From an uncultured Gammaproteobacteria bacterium (GTDB lineage Bacteria > Pseudomonadota > Gammaproteobacteria > JAAEPA01): a stretch of 64,000 nt of DNA. Of this stretch, positions 51,896-61,394 are shown piece after piece. Under the pieces are notes generated by a model. The model saw nothing but the letters and a program-made list of their open reading frames with translations. It ran no database searches and was not told where the DNA came from. The translations under genes were made by a program, and so were the position numbers. Positions within the stretch are counted from its first letter, which is position 1; every line of letters begins with the position of its first letter. The DNA lies in assembly GCA_963731655.1 (NCBI GenBank), contig CAVSWL010000003.1, positions 24,443-88,442 of the forward strand, given 5' to 3'.

Positions 51896-53299
51896 ATGGA
51901 TAAGACACAGAATTCAGACAACCCCCCATCCCAGGAGCTCAAATCACGCCCGCGAGTATTGGTGTTCGCCTTTGCTTGCGACCCCTATGCAGGATCTGAA
52001 CCCGGGGCAGGATGGGGCGTGGTTCGGACCTGTGCCGAAATCGCGAATTTGCTTGTCCTCATTTCTCCCGGGGACATGCAAGCCATCGAGAAATGGCAAC
52101 AGAACCATAGCGATAAGCGCATAAGCTTCGTCGAGGTCCCCTATCCCCGAATCGTTGAAACTATTGGACGACAGCCCCGTCCCTCAAATGTGTCCCTATT
52201 CGTGTGTTATCTGCTCTGGTTACGCAGTGCAAAGAACGTGGCACGCCGGCTTGCGTTGAAATATACATTCGAGCTCTGCCTGCATGCGTCAATCGGTTCC
52301 TATTGGTTGCCGAGTCCGGTCGTCCAGCTTCATCTACCTAGTGTGTGGGGCTCGGTCGGCGGGGCGACTACTACCCCCTGGCGATTATGGCGTTTTCTCG
52401 GTTGGCGTGGGATAGCGGGCGAGTTGTTGAAATGGGTATCGGTCCGATCGGCCGCCTTACTGCCACCGACGCGAAAGACATGGAAATGTGCCACGATACG
52501 AATCGCCGAAACGGAGAACACGCGAGCAGCCTTTCCACGCGCCCTGCAGGCTGAAACGCGAGTCATTAACCGAGCGATACTTCAGGAAGTGCCAGCTATC
52601 CAGCGCGCCGAACGTAAACGTTATCTGCTATTTCCATCGGCGCTTGAACCGCGGAAAGGGCCCAGGCTTGCTCTGCTCGCACTCGCACACACACCGCCGA
52701 GTGTCAGCATTATCTTTGCTGCGGATGGCTATGAGCGACGAACGCTCGAGCGGATGGCGAAGCGGCTGGGTATCAAGGATCGCACCGAATTTCGAGGCCG
52801 TATTCCGCGCTTGGAGATGTTTCATATGATGGCAGAAGCCGCTGCCGCTGTCTTCACTGGATTGCGCGAAGAAGGCGGCTGCGCCTTGTCCGAAGCGATG
52901 CAACTCGGGACCCCTGTCATTGTGCTCGGACACGGAGGCGCACGTCTCGTCGCCCAAGCTAACACCGATCCTAACCGTGTCGCCTTAATAGAACCCGGAC
53001 CGGCAAGGCAAACCGTGAAGAAATTTGCGGCGGCAATGACCCGGTTCAGTGATCATCCTTTGCCCGTGAGCGACGGCTATCTGAATTGTCAAAGTACGAA
53101 AAAGGCGCTACAGCAAGCGCTGTTGGACGCCCTGGCAAAAACAGCGAATTGCCGTACACCAGCGTCCGAGTTTCGCCTTTCAAAACTCACCTCAAATAGA
53201 CGGAGAGTGTCAGATCAAGTCACGACTACTACAGCCCAAAGTGTTAACACCGAGCGACTTTGTCGTACTCTAACTACCAAGCGATTTTGTCGCAATTAA
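51896..53299 (+). CDS. GT4-type glycosyltransferase; 3' end displaced by an IS insertion
   Basis: VLVFAFACDPYAGSEPGAGWG and REEGGCALSEAMQLGTPVIV (E-x7-E). The last ~20 codons read into the IS end. Without the IS the ORF would stop at 56623-56625. Confidence 0.7.
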   Translation: MDKTQNSDNPPSQELKSRPRVLVFAFACDPYAGSEPGAGWGVVRTCAEIANLLVLISPGDMQAIEKWQQNHSDKRISFVEVPYPRIVETIGRQPRPSNVSLFVCYLLWLRSAKNVARRLALKYTFELCLHASIGSYWLPSPVVQLHLPSVWGSVGGATTTPWRLWRFLGWRGIAGELLKWVSVRSAALLPPTRKTWKCATIRIAETENTRAAFPRALQAETRVINRAILQEVPAIQRAERKRYLLFPSALEPRKGPRLALLALAHTPPSVSIIFAADGYERRTLERMAKRLGIKDRTEFRGRIPRLEMFHMMAEAAAAVFTGLREEGGCALSEAMQLGTPVIVLGHGGARLVAQANTDPNRVALIEPGPARQTVKKFAAAMTRFSDHPLPVSDGYLNCQSTKKALQQALLDALAKTANCRTPASEFRLSKLTSNRRRVSDQVTTTTAQSVNTERLCRTLTTKRFCRN

Positions 53300-53332
53300 T
53301 TACCGAGGGAGATTGACGGATCTATTTGATCA

Positions 53333-54349
53333 GTGAACTTTTGTGCCTTTTTTAAGGTTCAGGGGTTACAGAGGATGATTACAATGGATTCCAGAGCACA
53401 GCTCACTGTCGACATTGTTGCCAAGGTTGCTGAAGGTAGAATTGATATCGTCAATGCATCGAAGCTGCTGAATCGATCACGTAGAACGATTGAACGCTAT
53501 CTCTGCAAATATCGAAAGGTTGGTATTCAATTCGTTGTTCACCAGAATACCGGGAAATCGCCTTCTAATAAATCCTGTGATGAAATTAAACGTACTGTTC
53601 AGAGCTTGATCAAGGATAAATACTTTGATGTGAATCTCACTCACCTTGCGGAGTTGTTGGAGAAAAACGAGTGTATTCGGGTAAAACGTGAAACCTTGAG
53701 ATCATGGGCTCACGAGATACACCATGTTAAGCGTGCCAAGCGCAGACGGTCTCAGGTGAGAAAACGACGAGAACGCATGGAGTCTCCCGGATTATTGCTT
53801 CAGATGGACGGCAGTACGCATCGTTGGTTTGGGAACCAGAAATCTTGCTTGATAGCGATTATTGATGACGCGACCAGTGAGGTACATGCAGAGTTCTTCG
53901 AATCTGAGACCACCTTGGGCTGCCTGAAGGTGTTGCGCGACACCATCGCAGAAAAAGGTCTGTTCAAAGCACTCTACGTTGATAAGGCTGGAATCTTTGG
54001 TGGACCGAAGCGTTGTAACTTCTCACAAGTAAGGCGAGCCTGTGAGGAGTTAGGTGTAGAGATTATATTTGCCAATTCTCCACAGGGAAAGGGTCGGATT
54101 GAACGCTCGTTTGACACTTTCCAGGACAGGCTCGTTCCTGAACTTAGACTCAATAACATGCAGGATATGGACAGCGCCAATCGATACCTGAAGGAAGAGT
54201 TTATCCCATCATTCTGGAGCGACCACATCGAAGTCGTTCCTCACAACGGAGAAACGGAATTTACTCCTGTTCCTGAACACATCGATCATCGATCGGGTGC
54301 ATTCCCATATTCCCGGTCAAGCTGTGAAAGTAGAAGGCAGCAGAGTTGA
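53333..54349 (+). pseudogene. ISNCY-family DDE transposase, N-terminal ~320 codons (interrupted by the nested IS)
   Basis: An HTH region, then LLLQMDGSTHRWFG..LIAIIDDATSEV..FANSPQGKGRIER, typical of an rve-type DDE. Residues after ..PVPEHID run into the inserted element. Confidence 0.7.
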
Positions 54350-55847
54350 AGTGACATAAGCCCACAGATCTCTGAGAATACCCCCATTTTGCGAAAAGTG
54401 GGGCAGATGAGAAACGGTATGGGCGGGTGTGATTTGGGTACTGATGAAGGGAGAGTACAAGAAACGTACCGGCGTTTGGAGAAGCTCAGGCAAAGTTCAC
54501 CAGAACTGACTTGTGCTGAAGAGCTGGAGGCATTGGAACGTGAGATCCAGAGTCAAGCCGATGAGCTGGCGCGTTTAATCTTTGAACGCCACGTGCAACA
54601 CGCTCTGGAGAGCGAAGCGATCAAGGAAGCGGAGAGGCACTTCATTCGGGCCATGCCGGTCAAGCTGAAAAACGAAGGTCCGCAAGCGGTGAGGATTTGC
54701 ACAGGCAGGGGTCTGAGGATCACGGTACGCGTGAGTTATTATCGTCGCCGATGTGATCGGCGCAAGAAGAACAGCCGCCAGGGAGTGTACGCGGGCTTGG
54801 TCCTATTGGGGATTCACGAGCGGTGTACGCCGTTATTGGGTTCCAGGGTGAGCATGATGTCAGCGCTGCTGAGCTCGTTCCACGAGGCCACGCAGGTGTT
54901 GTCTGACCAAGGAATTGAATTGGGTGTCAAGGTCATCCGCAAGCTGGCCTATCGGTATGCCGCCCGAGCCCGCGTAGTGCAGCAGAGCGCGGCGTTTTGT
55001 CTTGAAGAGGCCCTCCCAAGCCCAGGGCGACGAGTGGCGGTAAGCTGTGACGGAGGCAAGACCCGGCTTCGAGAGAACAAACGTGGGCCGAAGACGAAGC
55101 AGAAGCGAACCCGTTATAAGGGGGCCTGGCGTGAGCCCAAGCTATTAATCATTTATGTGCTCGACGACCAGGGCAAGCCCCAGAGCAGTTTTGCCCCGGT
55201 GATCGATGGCAGTTTAAACGGACCCGATGCGGTGTTCGGATTGATCCAAAGCTATTTGCGCCCTTTGGCCCTGGGAGTAGAGGATCAACTGTTATTTGTG
55301 GCCGATGGGGCCCTATGGATTTGGAACCGAGTCCCGGACTTGGTCAAAGCGTTGGGCTTGGATCCCCAGCAGGTTCACGAACTGGTCGATTTCTATCATG
55401 CCGTTGAACATCTGGGAAAGGTGGCGGGTTTGCGCAAGCACTGGTCTGCCAAGCAACGTAAGGCTTGGGTGAAAAAACACCGGCGTCTCTTGTTGAAAGG
55501 GCACGTCAGCCAAGTCATCGAAGCCGTGCGTGAACTCTGTCGAGGGCGAAACAGTCGGGCGATTCGCACCGAGCGCGAGTACTTTGTTAAGAACCAATAC
55601 CGCATGGGCTACGCTCGCTTAAAAGCCAACCATTGGCCCATTGGGAGTGGCGCGGTGGAGAGTGCGATTCGCCGCGTCATTAATCTGCGTCTGAAAGGCC
55701 CAGGCATCTTTTGGTACAGGGAAAATGCCGAGGCAATGCTTATGTTACGCGCTTACTATAAGGCGGGCAGGTGGAACCTATTGAAAAGCATGGCTAATTC
55801 TCATCTCTCGATTAGGGTAGCTTAACCGTGAAAATGGGAATGCGCCC
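54295..55847 (+). mobile_element. 1.55-kb ISKra4-like IS inserted into the ISNCY transposase gene
   Basis: IRs GGGTGCATTCCCATATTCCCGG and GGGCGCATTCCCATTTTCACGG. The flanking duplication is TCATCGATC at 54286-54294 and 55848-55856; an 8-bp reading is also possible because of a local CATCGAT tandem. Confidence 0.75.
54389..55825 (+). CDS. DDE transposase (ISKra4-like family; start uncertain)
   Basis: 478 aa with FVADGALWIWN, DFYHAVEHL and IGSGAVESAIR..RLKGPGIFW..RAYYKAGRW, which match my memory of ISKra4-type transposases. Confidence 0.6.
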   Translation: MRKVGQMRNGMGGCDLGTDEGRVQETYRRLEKLRQSSPELTCAEELEALEREIQSQADELARLIFERHVQHALESEAIKEAERHFIRAMPVKLKNEGPQAVRICTGRGLRITVRVSYYRRRCDRRKKNSRQGVYAGLVLLGIHERCTPLLGSRVSMMSALLSSFHEATQVLSDQGIELGVKVIRKLAYRYAARARVVQQSAAFCLEEALPSPGRRVAVSCDGGKTRLRENKRGPKTKQKRTRYKGAWREPKLLIIYVLDDQGKPQSSFAPVIDGSLNGPDAVFGLIQSYLRPLALGVEDQLLFVADGALWIWNRVPDLVKALGLDPQQVHELVDFYHAVEHLGKVAGLRKHWSAKQRKAWVKKHRRLLLKGHVSQVIEAVRELCRGRNSRAIRTEREYFVKNQYRMGYARLKANHWPIGSGAVESAIRRVINLRLKGPGIFWYRENAEAMLMLRAYYKAGRWNLLKSMANSHLSIRVA

Positions 55848-55856
55848 TCATCGATC

Positions 55857-56467
55857 TGGATGATGTCTTCGTCATCAAGGATTACCGCAAAATACGCAGC
55901 GACCACACGTTCAGTTATGGCAATAAGTTCTACCTCATTGAGTCGCCGCTGAAGCATTCCATCGCAAACCAGAAAATAGAAATCCGTACTGCTCATGATG
56001 ATGGGTTTGTCGCCTATTTCGCGGGGCGGCATCTGGCAGTATCCGAGGTCATCGAGCCAACCAAACCCTCAATGCTCGATCTGGATGTCCAGAAAAAACT
56101 TGAAGTCCTGGAGCTTGCCGACAAACTTGGAAATGTCAGTGAGGCTGCCCGTCTTAGCGGTGTTTCGCGCGACACTATTTACAGGCACAGAAAACTGATC
56201 AAGGAAGGCGGCCTACAAAGCCTAAAACGCCAGGTTCGCGATGACCATTACCACCAGAATCGTACTGACCGTGAGATCGCGAATACCGTCATCGAGTTCT
56301 CGCTGGATAATCCTCATCTTGGGCAGGTCCAAGTCTCCAATCAACTTAGGAAGCACTATCGAATTGAACTCAGCGCATCCGGGGTACGAAACGTCTGGCT
56401 GCGAGAAAACATGCAAACCTGTGCGCTGAGGTTGCAGAAGAAAAAGTCCCTGTCTGCTGCCATCTGA
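55857..56467 (+). pseudogene. C-terminal part of the ISNCY transposase, continuous in frame with an HTH (transposase-N-terminus-like) module
   Basis: My translation gives DDVFVIKDYRKIRSDHTFSYGNKFYLIE..IEIRTAHDDGFVAYFAGRHL. With no stop it continues into MLDLDVQKKLEVLELADKLGNVSEAARLSGVSRDTIYRHRKLIKEGGLQSL.. (track ORF 56072..56467). Confidence 0.5.
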
Positions 56468-56623
56468 TGATGATAGGTATGTTGCCAGTAAAGCTACTTG
56501 CTGATACCGTGATACGACAAAGTCGCTTGGTAATTAGTCCGCCAGTTTCCCTCGGTAATAACACTACTACAGCCCAAAGATCTGCGGCACTATCTCAGCG
56601 CACAACAAGATTCCGTGAGCAGT

Positions 56624-57233
56624 GAATCTCCGCGCGCACTCGTGATCCATCTGCAGAAAAAGTACAATCATCTGCATTAGGCCCCGCATATTCTTGATGA
56701 AATCGTAATTGTGTAGCACCCTGCTCTTTACCTATACCGTTGCAAAATGATCTCCCACCAATCGATGATTGACATCCGGTGTCGCTCGGGTCTTCTCGAT
56801 CTCTGGCTGAAAGACCACTGCGACATCGATCCCGCATCGCTCACCCCCGTTTCCGGGGATGCCAGCTTTCGGCGCTACTATCGCGTGCGTGCCCGCGGCA
56901 CTTCGTACATCGTCATGGACGCGCCTCCGGAAAGAGAGAATATCCAGCTCTTTATCGAGATGACGCGGCGTCTCGACAGCGCCGGATTGAACGTGTGCCG
57001 TATCTACGAAGCCGATACGGAACTGGGATTTCTTTTGTTGCATGATCTTGGCGATGAGCTCTACCTCCATCACCTCGACGAGCGATCGGCGGATGCGCTC
57101 TACGCGGATGCGTTCGAGGCCTTGCTCAAGATTCAATCCCTGGATCCGTCTGGTCTGCCGCCCTACGACCGCGCCCTGCTGTCGCAGGAGATGGCGTTGT
57201 TTCGCGACTGGTTCCTGCGCAGACACTTGAACA
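56624..57233 (+). repeat. 610-bp direct repeat, right copy
   Basis: See 32548-33157. Similarity ends at ..RRHLN, after which the sequence is unrelated. Confidence 0.9.
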
Positions 57234-57280
57234 AGGCCAAATCGATTAGGGTCGAAGTTCGCATCGCGCACGAGCCGTGA
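56747..57280 (+). pseudogene. truncated second copy of amgK (first ~162 codons only)
   Basis: MISHQSMIDIRCRSGLL..LSQEMALFRDWFLRRHLN parallels AmgK 32671.. and then diverges to a stop. The kinase catalytic half is absent. Confidence 0.85.
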
Positions 57281-57400
57281 ATCTTTCAACCTCCCGCAAT
57301 GGCACCGATAATTAAATGGCGGCCCCCGGCAGGTTTCATCGGCAAGCTCCCTGTGCCCGACCGCTGCGCGGCAGCCTTCGCGCCTCCCTGTTTCCCTTGC

Positions 57401-57835
57401 TTAACCGAGCAGGGGATTGCGTGTAGGAAGGGTGGGGAACCGACTGAAGTCGCGGTCCGCCGTCCAAAACTCGTTAACTCCGTGACCAATACAGATCGCT
57501 GCTATTCGCGCGTCGTGAACCATGGGTCCTTTGATCTGCCCGACGGACAGTTGCTCTTTCAGGATGTCCCAGTGTGATTCGGTCTCTGCCACCAATACGG
57601 CGACCGGTGACTCCAACCAGGCGTCTACTTGATCAATAGCTTTATCGAGGCTGGACGGCGGATCATAGATTCTGGGGTGGGTAACGATCGACAGGAACTC
57701 ATGCACGCAGGGCCAGGGAATTCCCCATGAAATCCGTCCTTCTGCCAGAGTGCGAATACAGCCGCGTGCCGGCTCATGCCACTCGGAATCGGAGCGGTGC
57801 GCGTAAACAAGGATATTGGTATCCGCTGCGATCAA
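57401..57835 (-). CDS. vapC: PIN-domain toxin VapC
   Basis: 144 aa with MIAADTNILVYA, HDARIAAIC and FWTADRDF. It shares a 4-nt ATGA overlap with the upstream antitoxin. Confidence 0.85.
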   Translation of the reverse strand: MIAADTNILVYAHRSDSEWHEPARGCIRTLAEGRISWGIPWPCVHEFLSIVTHPRIYDPPSSLDKAIDQVDAWLESPVAVLVAETESHWDILKEQLSVGQIKGPMVHDARIAAICIGHGVNEFWTADRDFSRFPTLPTRNPLLG

Positions 57836-58092
57836 CCTCCTCGCTCCTTGTAGGCTGCTTCTCGGATCGTTGCCCAGTCTGCGTCTCGGTACTCTTTGTG
57901 CAGCCCGTTTCCCCCGACACTCGCGTCCCGAAGCTTAAATTTCGATGCGGATCGGTCGTTGCGCAGGACTTGCTGGATACCCTGTTCTATAACTGCCCGC
58001 AGCGTGGTGTGCTTGCGGGCCGCATAAGCCTTTGCCTTCTTTGCCAGCTCGTCAGAGAGGTCAATGGTTGTCTTCATGTTATGGGCACCCAT
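57832..58092 (-). CDS. vapB: VapB-type antitoxin (alternative start at ATG 58077)
   Basis: MKTTIDLSDELAKKAKAYAARKHTTLRAVIEQG is a ribbon-helix-helix-like antitoxin pattern. Confidence 0.7.
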   Translation of the reverse strand: MGAHNMKTTIDLSDELAKKAKAYAARKHTTLRAVIEQGIQQVLRNDRSASKFKLRDASVGGNGLHKEYRDADWATIREAAYKERGG

Positions 58093-58526
58093 ATTAGGTT
58101 ATAAGGGCACCCATAGTACAAGCTTCTCTGCAACAGCTCAACAAGAGCACAAAATTGGGGTGGCCGTGCAATCCGTGAACAGAGTCCGATACTGGCCAGT
58201 CGGTAATTTCACAACACAGATGATTGAATATGCTCCACCCGAAAGATATCGGAGCACAACGAAAGCAATCGACGCCAACAGCTGCCGCCGACGCCGAATA
58301 GGCAAAAGCACTTGGGTTACGCCGCGCGTCATTCTTCACAGGCGTTAACGCATGGTCGTTTCAAAGGAGAAAACCATTTTCAGACCAATATCCTAAATGA
58401 TTGACAGCTTCGCGGACTTTCAGTACCTTGGCCGGATCGTGAGAATGGCTGTCTCAACGGCTGTTTGTAATCCCTAGACCCCCTCGGCGGAATCCCCGCC
58501 ATCACTTTCCAGGAACTGCTTGAACC

Positions 58527-60809
58527 ATGGCTGACGATATCAATGAGTTTGCCTTGCGTTACCATCGCATGCTCCCCTACGGCAAGATCGAGGTGTCCCC
58601 CACCAAGCCGCTCGCTAACCAGCATGATCTGGCACTGGCTTACTCGCCCGGAGTTGCTGCCGCCTGTGAAGCGATTGTCGAAGACCCTCATGAAGTATCC
58701 ACCGTCACCGCCCGTGGCAATCTAGTAGCCGTCATCACCAACGGTACCGCCGTCCTCGGTCTGGGCGACATCGGCCCACTGGCCGCCAAGCCGGTGATGG
58801 AAGGCAAGGGCGTATTGTTCAAGAAATTTGCGGGTATTGACGTCTTCGACATTGAAATCAGCGAGCACGATCCTGACAAATTAGTCGAAATCATCGCCAG
58901 TCTCGAGCCCAGCTTTGGCGGTATCAATCTGGAGGACATCAAGGCCCCGGAATGCTTTCATATCGAGCGCCAGTTGCGCAACCGGATGAAAATCCCGGTA
59001 TTCCACGACGATCAGCATGGCACTGCCATCATTACCGCCGCTGCCGTTCTCAACACGCTGTTGTTAGTGGGCAAGGAGATCGGCCAAGTGAAACTGGTCA
59101 CTTCCGGCGCTGGTGCTGCCGGCATTGCCTGTCTCGATTTACTGGTCGCGCTGGGCTTGAGGCGCGAAAACGTCATCGTTTGCGACAGTAAAGGCGTGAT
59201 CTATCAAGGCCGAGGTCCACTCGCCCCGGAAAAAGCCGCCTATGCCTCCGACACCTCCGCCCGTATTTTGGCGGAAGCCATCGTGGGCGCCGACATCTTC
59301 CTGGGGCTGTCCAGGGCTGGACTCCTGACCAGCGAGATGGTTGAGACCATGGCTGCCAAGCCGCTGATTCTGGCGCTGGCCAATCCTGTTCCCGAAATCA
59401 TGCCGGAAGTTGCCAAGGCTGTGCGGCCCGACGCCATTATCGCCACCGGTCGCTCCGATTATCCGAATCAGGTCAATAATGTCCTCTGCTTTCCCTATAT
59501 CTTCCGGGGCGCGCTGGATGTAGGCGCCACCGTGATCAATCAGGAGATGCAATTAGCGTGTGTCCGCGCCTTGGCGGAACTGGCGTGTGAACCCCATTCT
59601 CACGAAGAAACGGCGGCTTACGGCGACCAGGAGATCAACTTTGGACCGGAGTATCTGATCCCCAAACCGTTTGAACCGAGACTGCTGCTGACCTTGCCTC
59701 TAGCCGTCGCCAAGGCCGCGATGGACAGTGGAGTCGCCACCCGTCCAATTCAGGATTTCACCGCTTATCGCACCCAACTCAGCCAGCGAGTGTACCGTTC
59801 CGGGCAGATTATGCGGCCGGTGTTCGACCGCGCCAAGAACGATCCCAAACGGGTGATTTACGCCCAAGCCGAGGAAGAACGAATGCTTTGGGCCGTGCAA
59901 GGGGTTGTCGATGATGGTCTCGCCAAGCCCATCCTCATCGGGCGACGCTGGCGCATCGAAGAACGCATCGCTGAATTTGGCCTACGCATCCGACCCGATC
60001 AAGACTTTGAGGTGATCGATCCCCAGCACAATCCCCACTATGAAGAATGCTGGCAGGAATACCATCGGTTGCGTGGGCGCTATGGCGTAGATCCAAATAA
60101 GGCCAGCGTTCGGGTGAATACTCGCGCCACGGTGATCGGCGCGCTGCTGCTGCGCCTCGGTTATGGGGACGCCCTGCTGTGCGGGCTGATCGGTGGGTAC
60201 CCGGATCATGTGAATTACGTACTGGACATCGTCGGCCTGCGCGAAGGGGTCAAGACTCCGGCGGCAATGAACATGTTGATCACTCCGCATGGACCATTGT
60301 TCTTTTGCGATACGGACATCAACGCCGATCCAACCGCCGAAGAAATCGCCGATATCACTTTGTTGGCGGCGGAGGAAGTCGGTCGCTTTGTGCCGCCGAA
60401 AGTCGCTCTATTGTCGCAATCCAGTTTTGGCTCGCACAAGTCGCGGCAGGCGCGCAAGATGGCTGAGGCACTGCAACTCATCCGTCAGCGCGACCCGAAT
60501 CTGGAAGTCGATGGCGAGATGCGCGGCGATGCCGCTCTGTCTGAGAAACTCCGCGACCGGGCATTTTTGCATTCGCGGCTTCAGGGACCGGCTAATCTGT
60601 TGATCATGCCCAATGCGGATGCCGCCAACATCTCTCACAACTTGATCAAGGAAGTGACTAACAGTGTTTCGGTGGGACCGATCACACTCGGTCTGGCCAA
60701 ACCAGCGCATATCTTGACCCGCTCGGCAACCGCGCGACGGATCATCAACATGACCGCGATTGCGGTAGTCGACACCCAGGAATATCTCCTTCGCCAACAG
60801 CCGGCCTGA
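58527..60809 (+). CDS. maeB: NADP-dependent malic enzyme (malic enzyme plus phosphotransacetylase-like domain)
   Basis: 760 aa with [38 protein letters not shown] and [11 protein letters not shown]. The C-terminal half is PTA-like. Confidence 0.95.
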   Translation: MADDINEFALRYHRMLPYGKIEVSPTKPLANQHDLALAYSPGVAAACEAIVEDPHEVSTVTARGNLVAVITNGTAVLGLGDIGPLAAKPVMEGKGVLFKKFAGIDVFDIEISEHDPDKLVEIIASLEPSFGGINLEDIKAPECFHIERQLRNRMKIPVFHDDQHGTAIITAAAVLNTLLLVGKEIGQVKLVTSGAGAAGIACLDLLVALGLRRENVIVCDSKGVIYQGRGPLAPEKAAYASDTSARILAEAIVGADIFLGLSRAGLLTSEMVETMAAKPLILALANPVPEIMPEVAKAVRPDAIIATGRSDYPNQVNNVLCFPYIFRGALDVGATVINQEMQLACVRALAELACEPHSHEETAAYGDQEINFGPEYLIPKPFEPRLLLTLPLAVAKAAMDSGVATRPIQDFTAYRTQLSQRVYRSGQIMRPVFDRAKNDPKRVIYAQAEEERMLWAVQGVVDDGLAKPILIGRRWRIEERIAEFGLRIRPDQDFEVIDPQHNPHYEECWQEYHRLRGRYGVDPNKASVRVNTRATVIGALLLRLGYGDALLCGLIGGYPDHVNYVLDIVGLREGVKTPAAMNMLITPHGPLFFCDTDINADPTAEEIADITLLAAEEVGRFVPPKVALLSQSSFGSHKSRQARKMAEALQLIRQRDPNLEVDGEMRGDAALSEKLRDRAFLHSRLQGPANLLIMPNADAANISHNLIKEVTNSVSVGPITLGLAKPAHILTRSATARRIINMTAIAVVDTQEYLLRQQPA

Positions 60810-60859
60810 TTGCAAACGGGCCGCTTGCATCCCCGGTATTTATATCGAGTAACCTGCAG

Positions 60860-61192
60860 TCTATAGGGATCAGCGTAAAAGGCTGGGTGCGGCACTCGGA
60901 TAACGGCCCCCCGATGAAGGGGGCAACCCTGCTGACGACGCTGCAGAAACTCGGTGTGGTTCCGTCATTCAGCCGTCCCTCGGTGAGCGACGACAACCCT
61001 TACTCGGAGAGTCTATTCAAGACATTGAAGCACACGCCCGCGTATCCATCGAAGCCTTTTGAGAGTCTGGAGGCCGCTAGAGAATGGGTGCATCCCTTCG
61101 TGTGTTGGTACAACAAAACCCAACGCCATAGTGATCTCCAGTTTGGCACGCCAGTTGAGCGTCATGAAGGCGAAGACGTGAAGATAATGTAA
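60860..61192 (+). pseudogene. C-terminal fragment of an IS3-type (rve) transposase
   Basis: HSDNGPPMKGATLLTTLQKLGVVPSFSRPSVSDDNPYSESLFKTLKHTPAYP..WYNKTQRH. The N-terminal two-thirds of the transposase are absent. Confidence 0.7.
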
Positions 61193-61394
61193 TGGCCCAC
61201 CGAAAATCTGTCTATGCCGATGTAAAAAAAGCGCCAACCGGCCCGTTGAAGCGGTGTAGCCAGGGACTGGAGCCCAGTGGAAACGGTGTGGCTTAATCCT
61301 GAAAAGATAGAAGCGTCAGCGGAGGAAACTATAGAAAAAGTTGTGTAAGAAAATACGACAACTATCTTGACTAATACCGCTGCCAGCAGCCGCG

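Larger units (their letters stand above)
53242..56563 (+). mobile_element. ISNCY (IS1202-group-like) insertion sequence carrying a nested second IS
   Basis: 16-bp direct duplication CTACTACAGCCCAAAG at 53226-53241 and 56564-56579. The ends are TGTTAACACCGAG and TGTTATTACCGAG (inverted). The subterminal motif ACCAAGCGAYTTTGTCG occurs at both ends. Confidence 0.75.
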
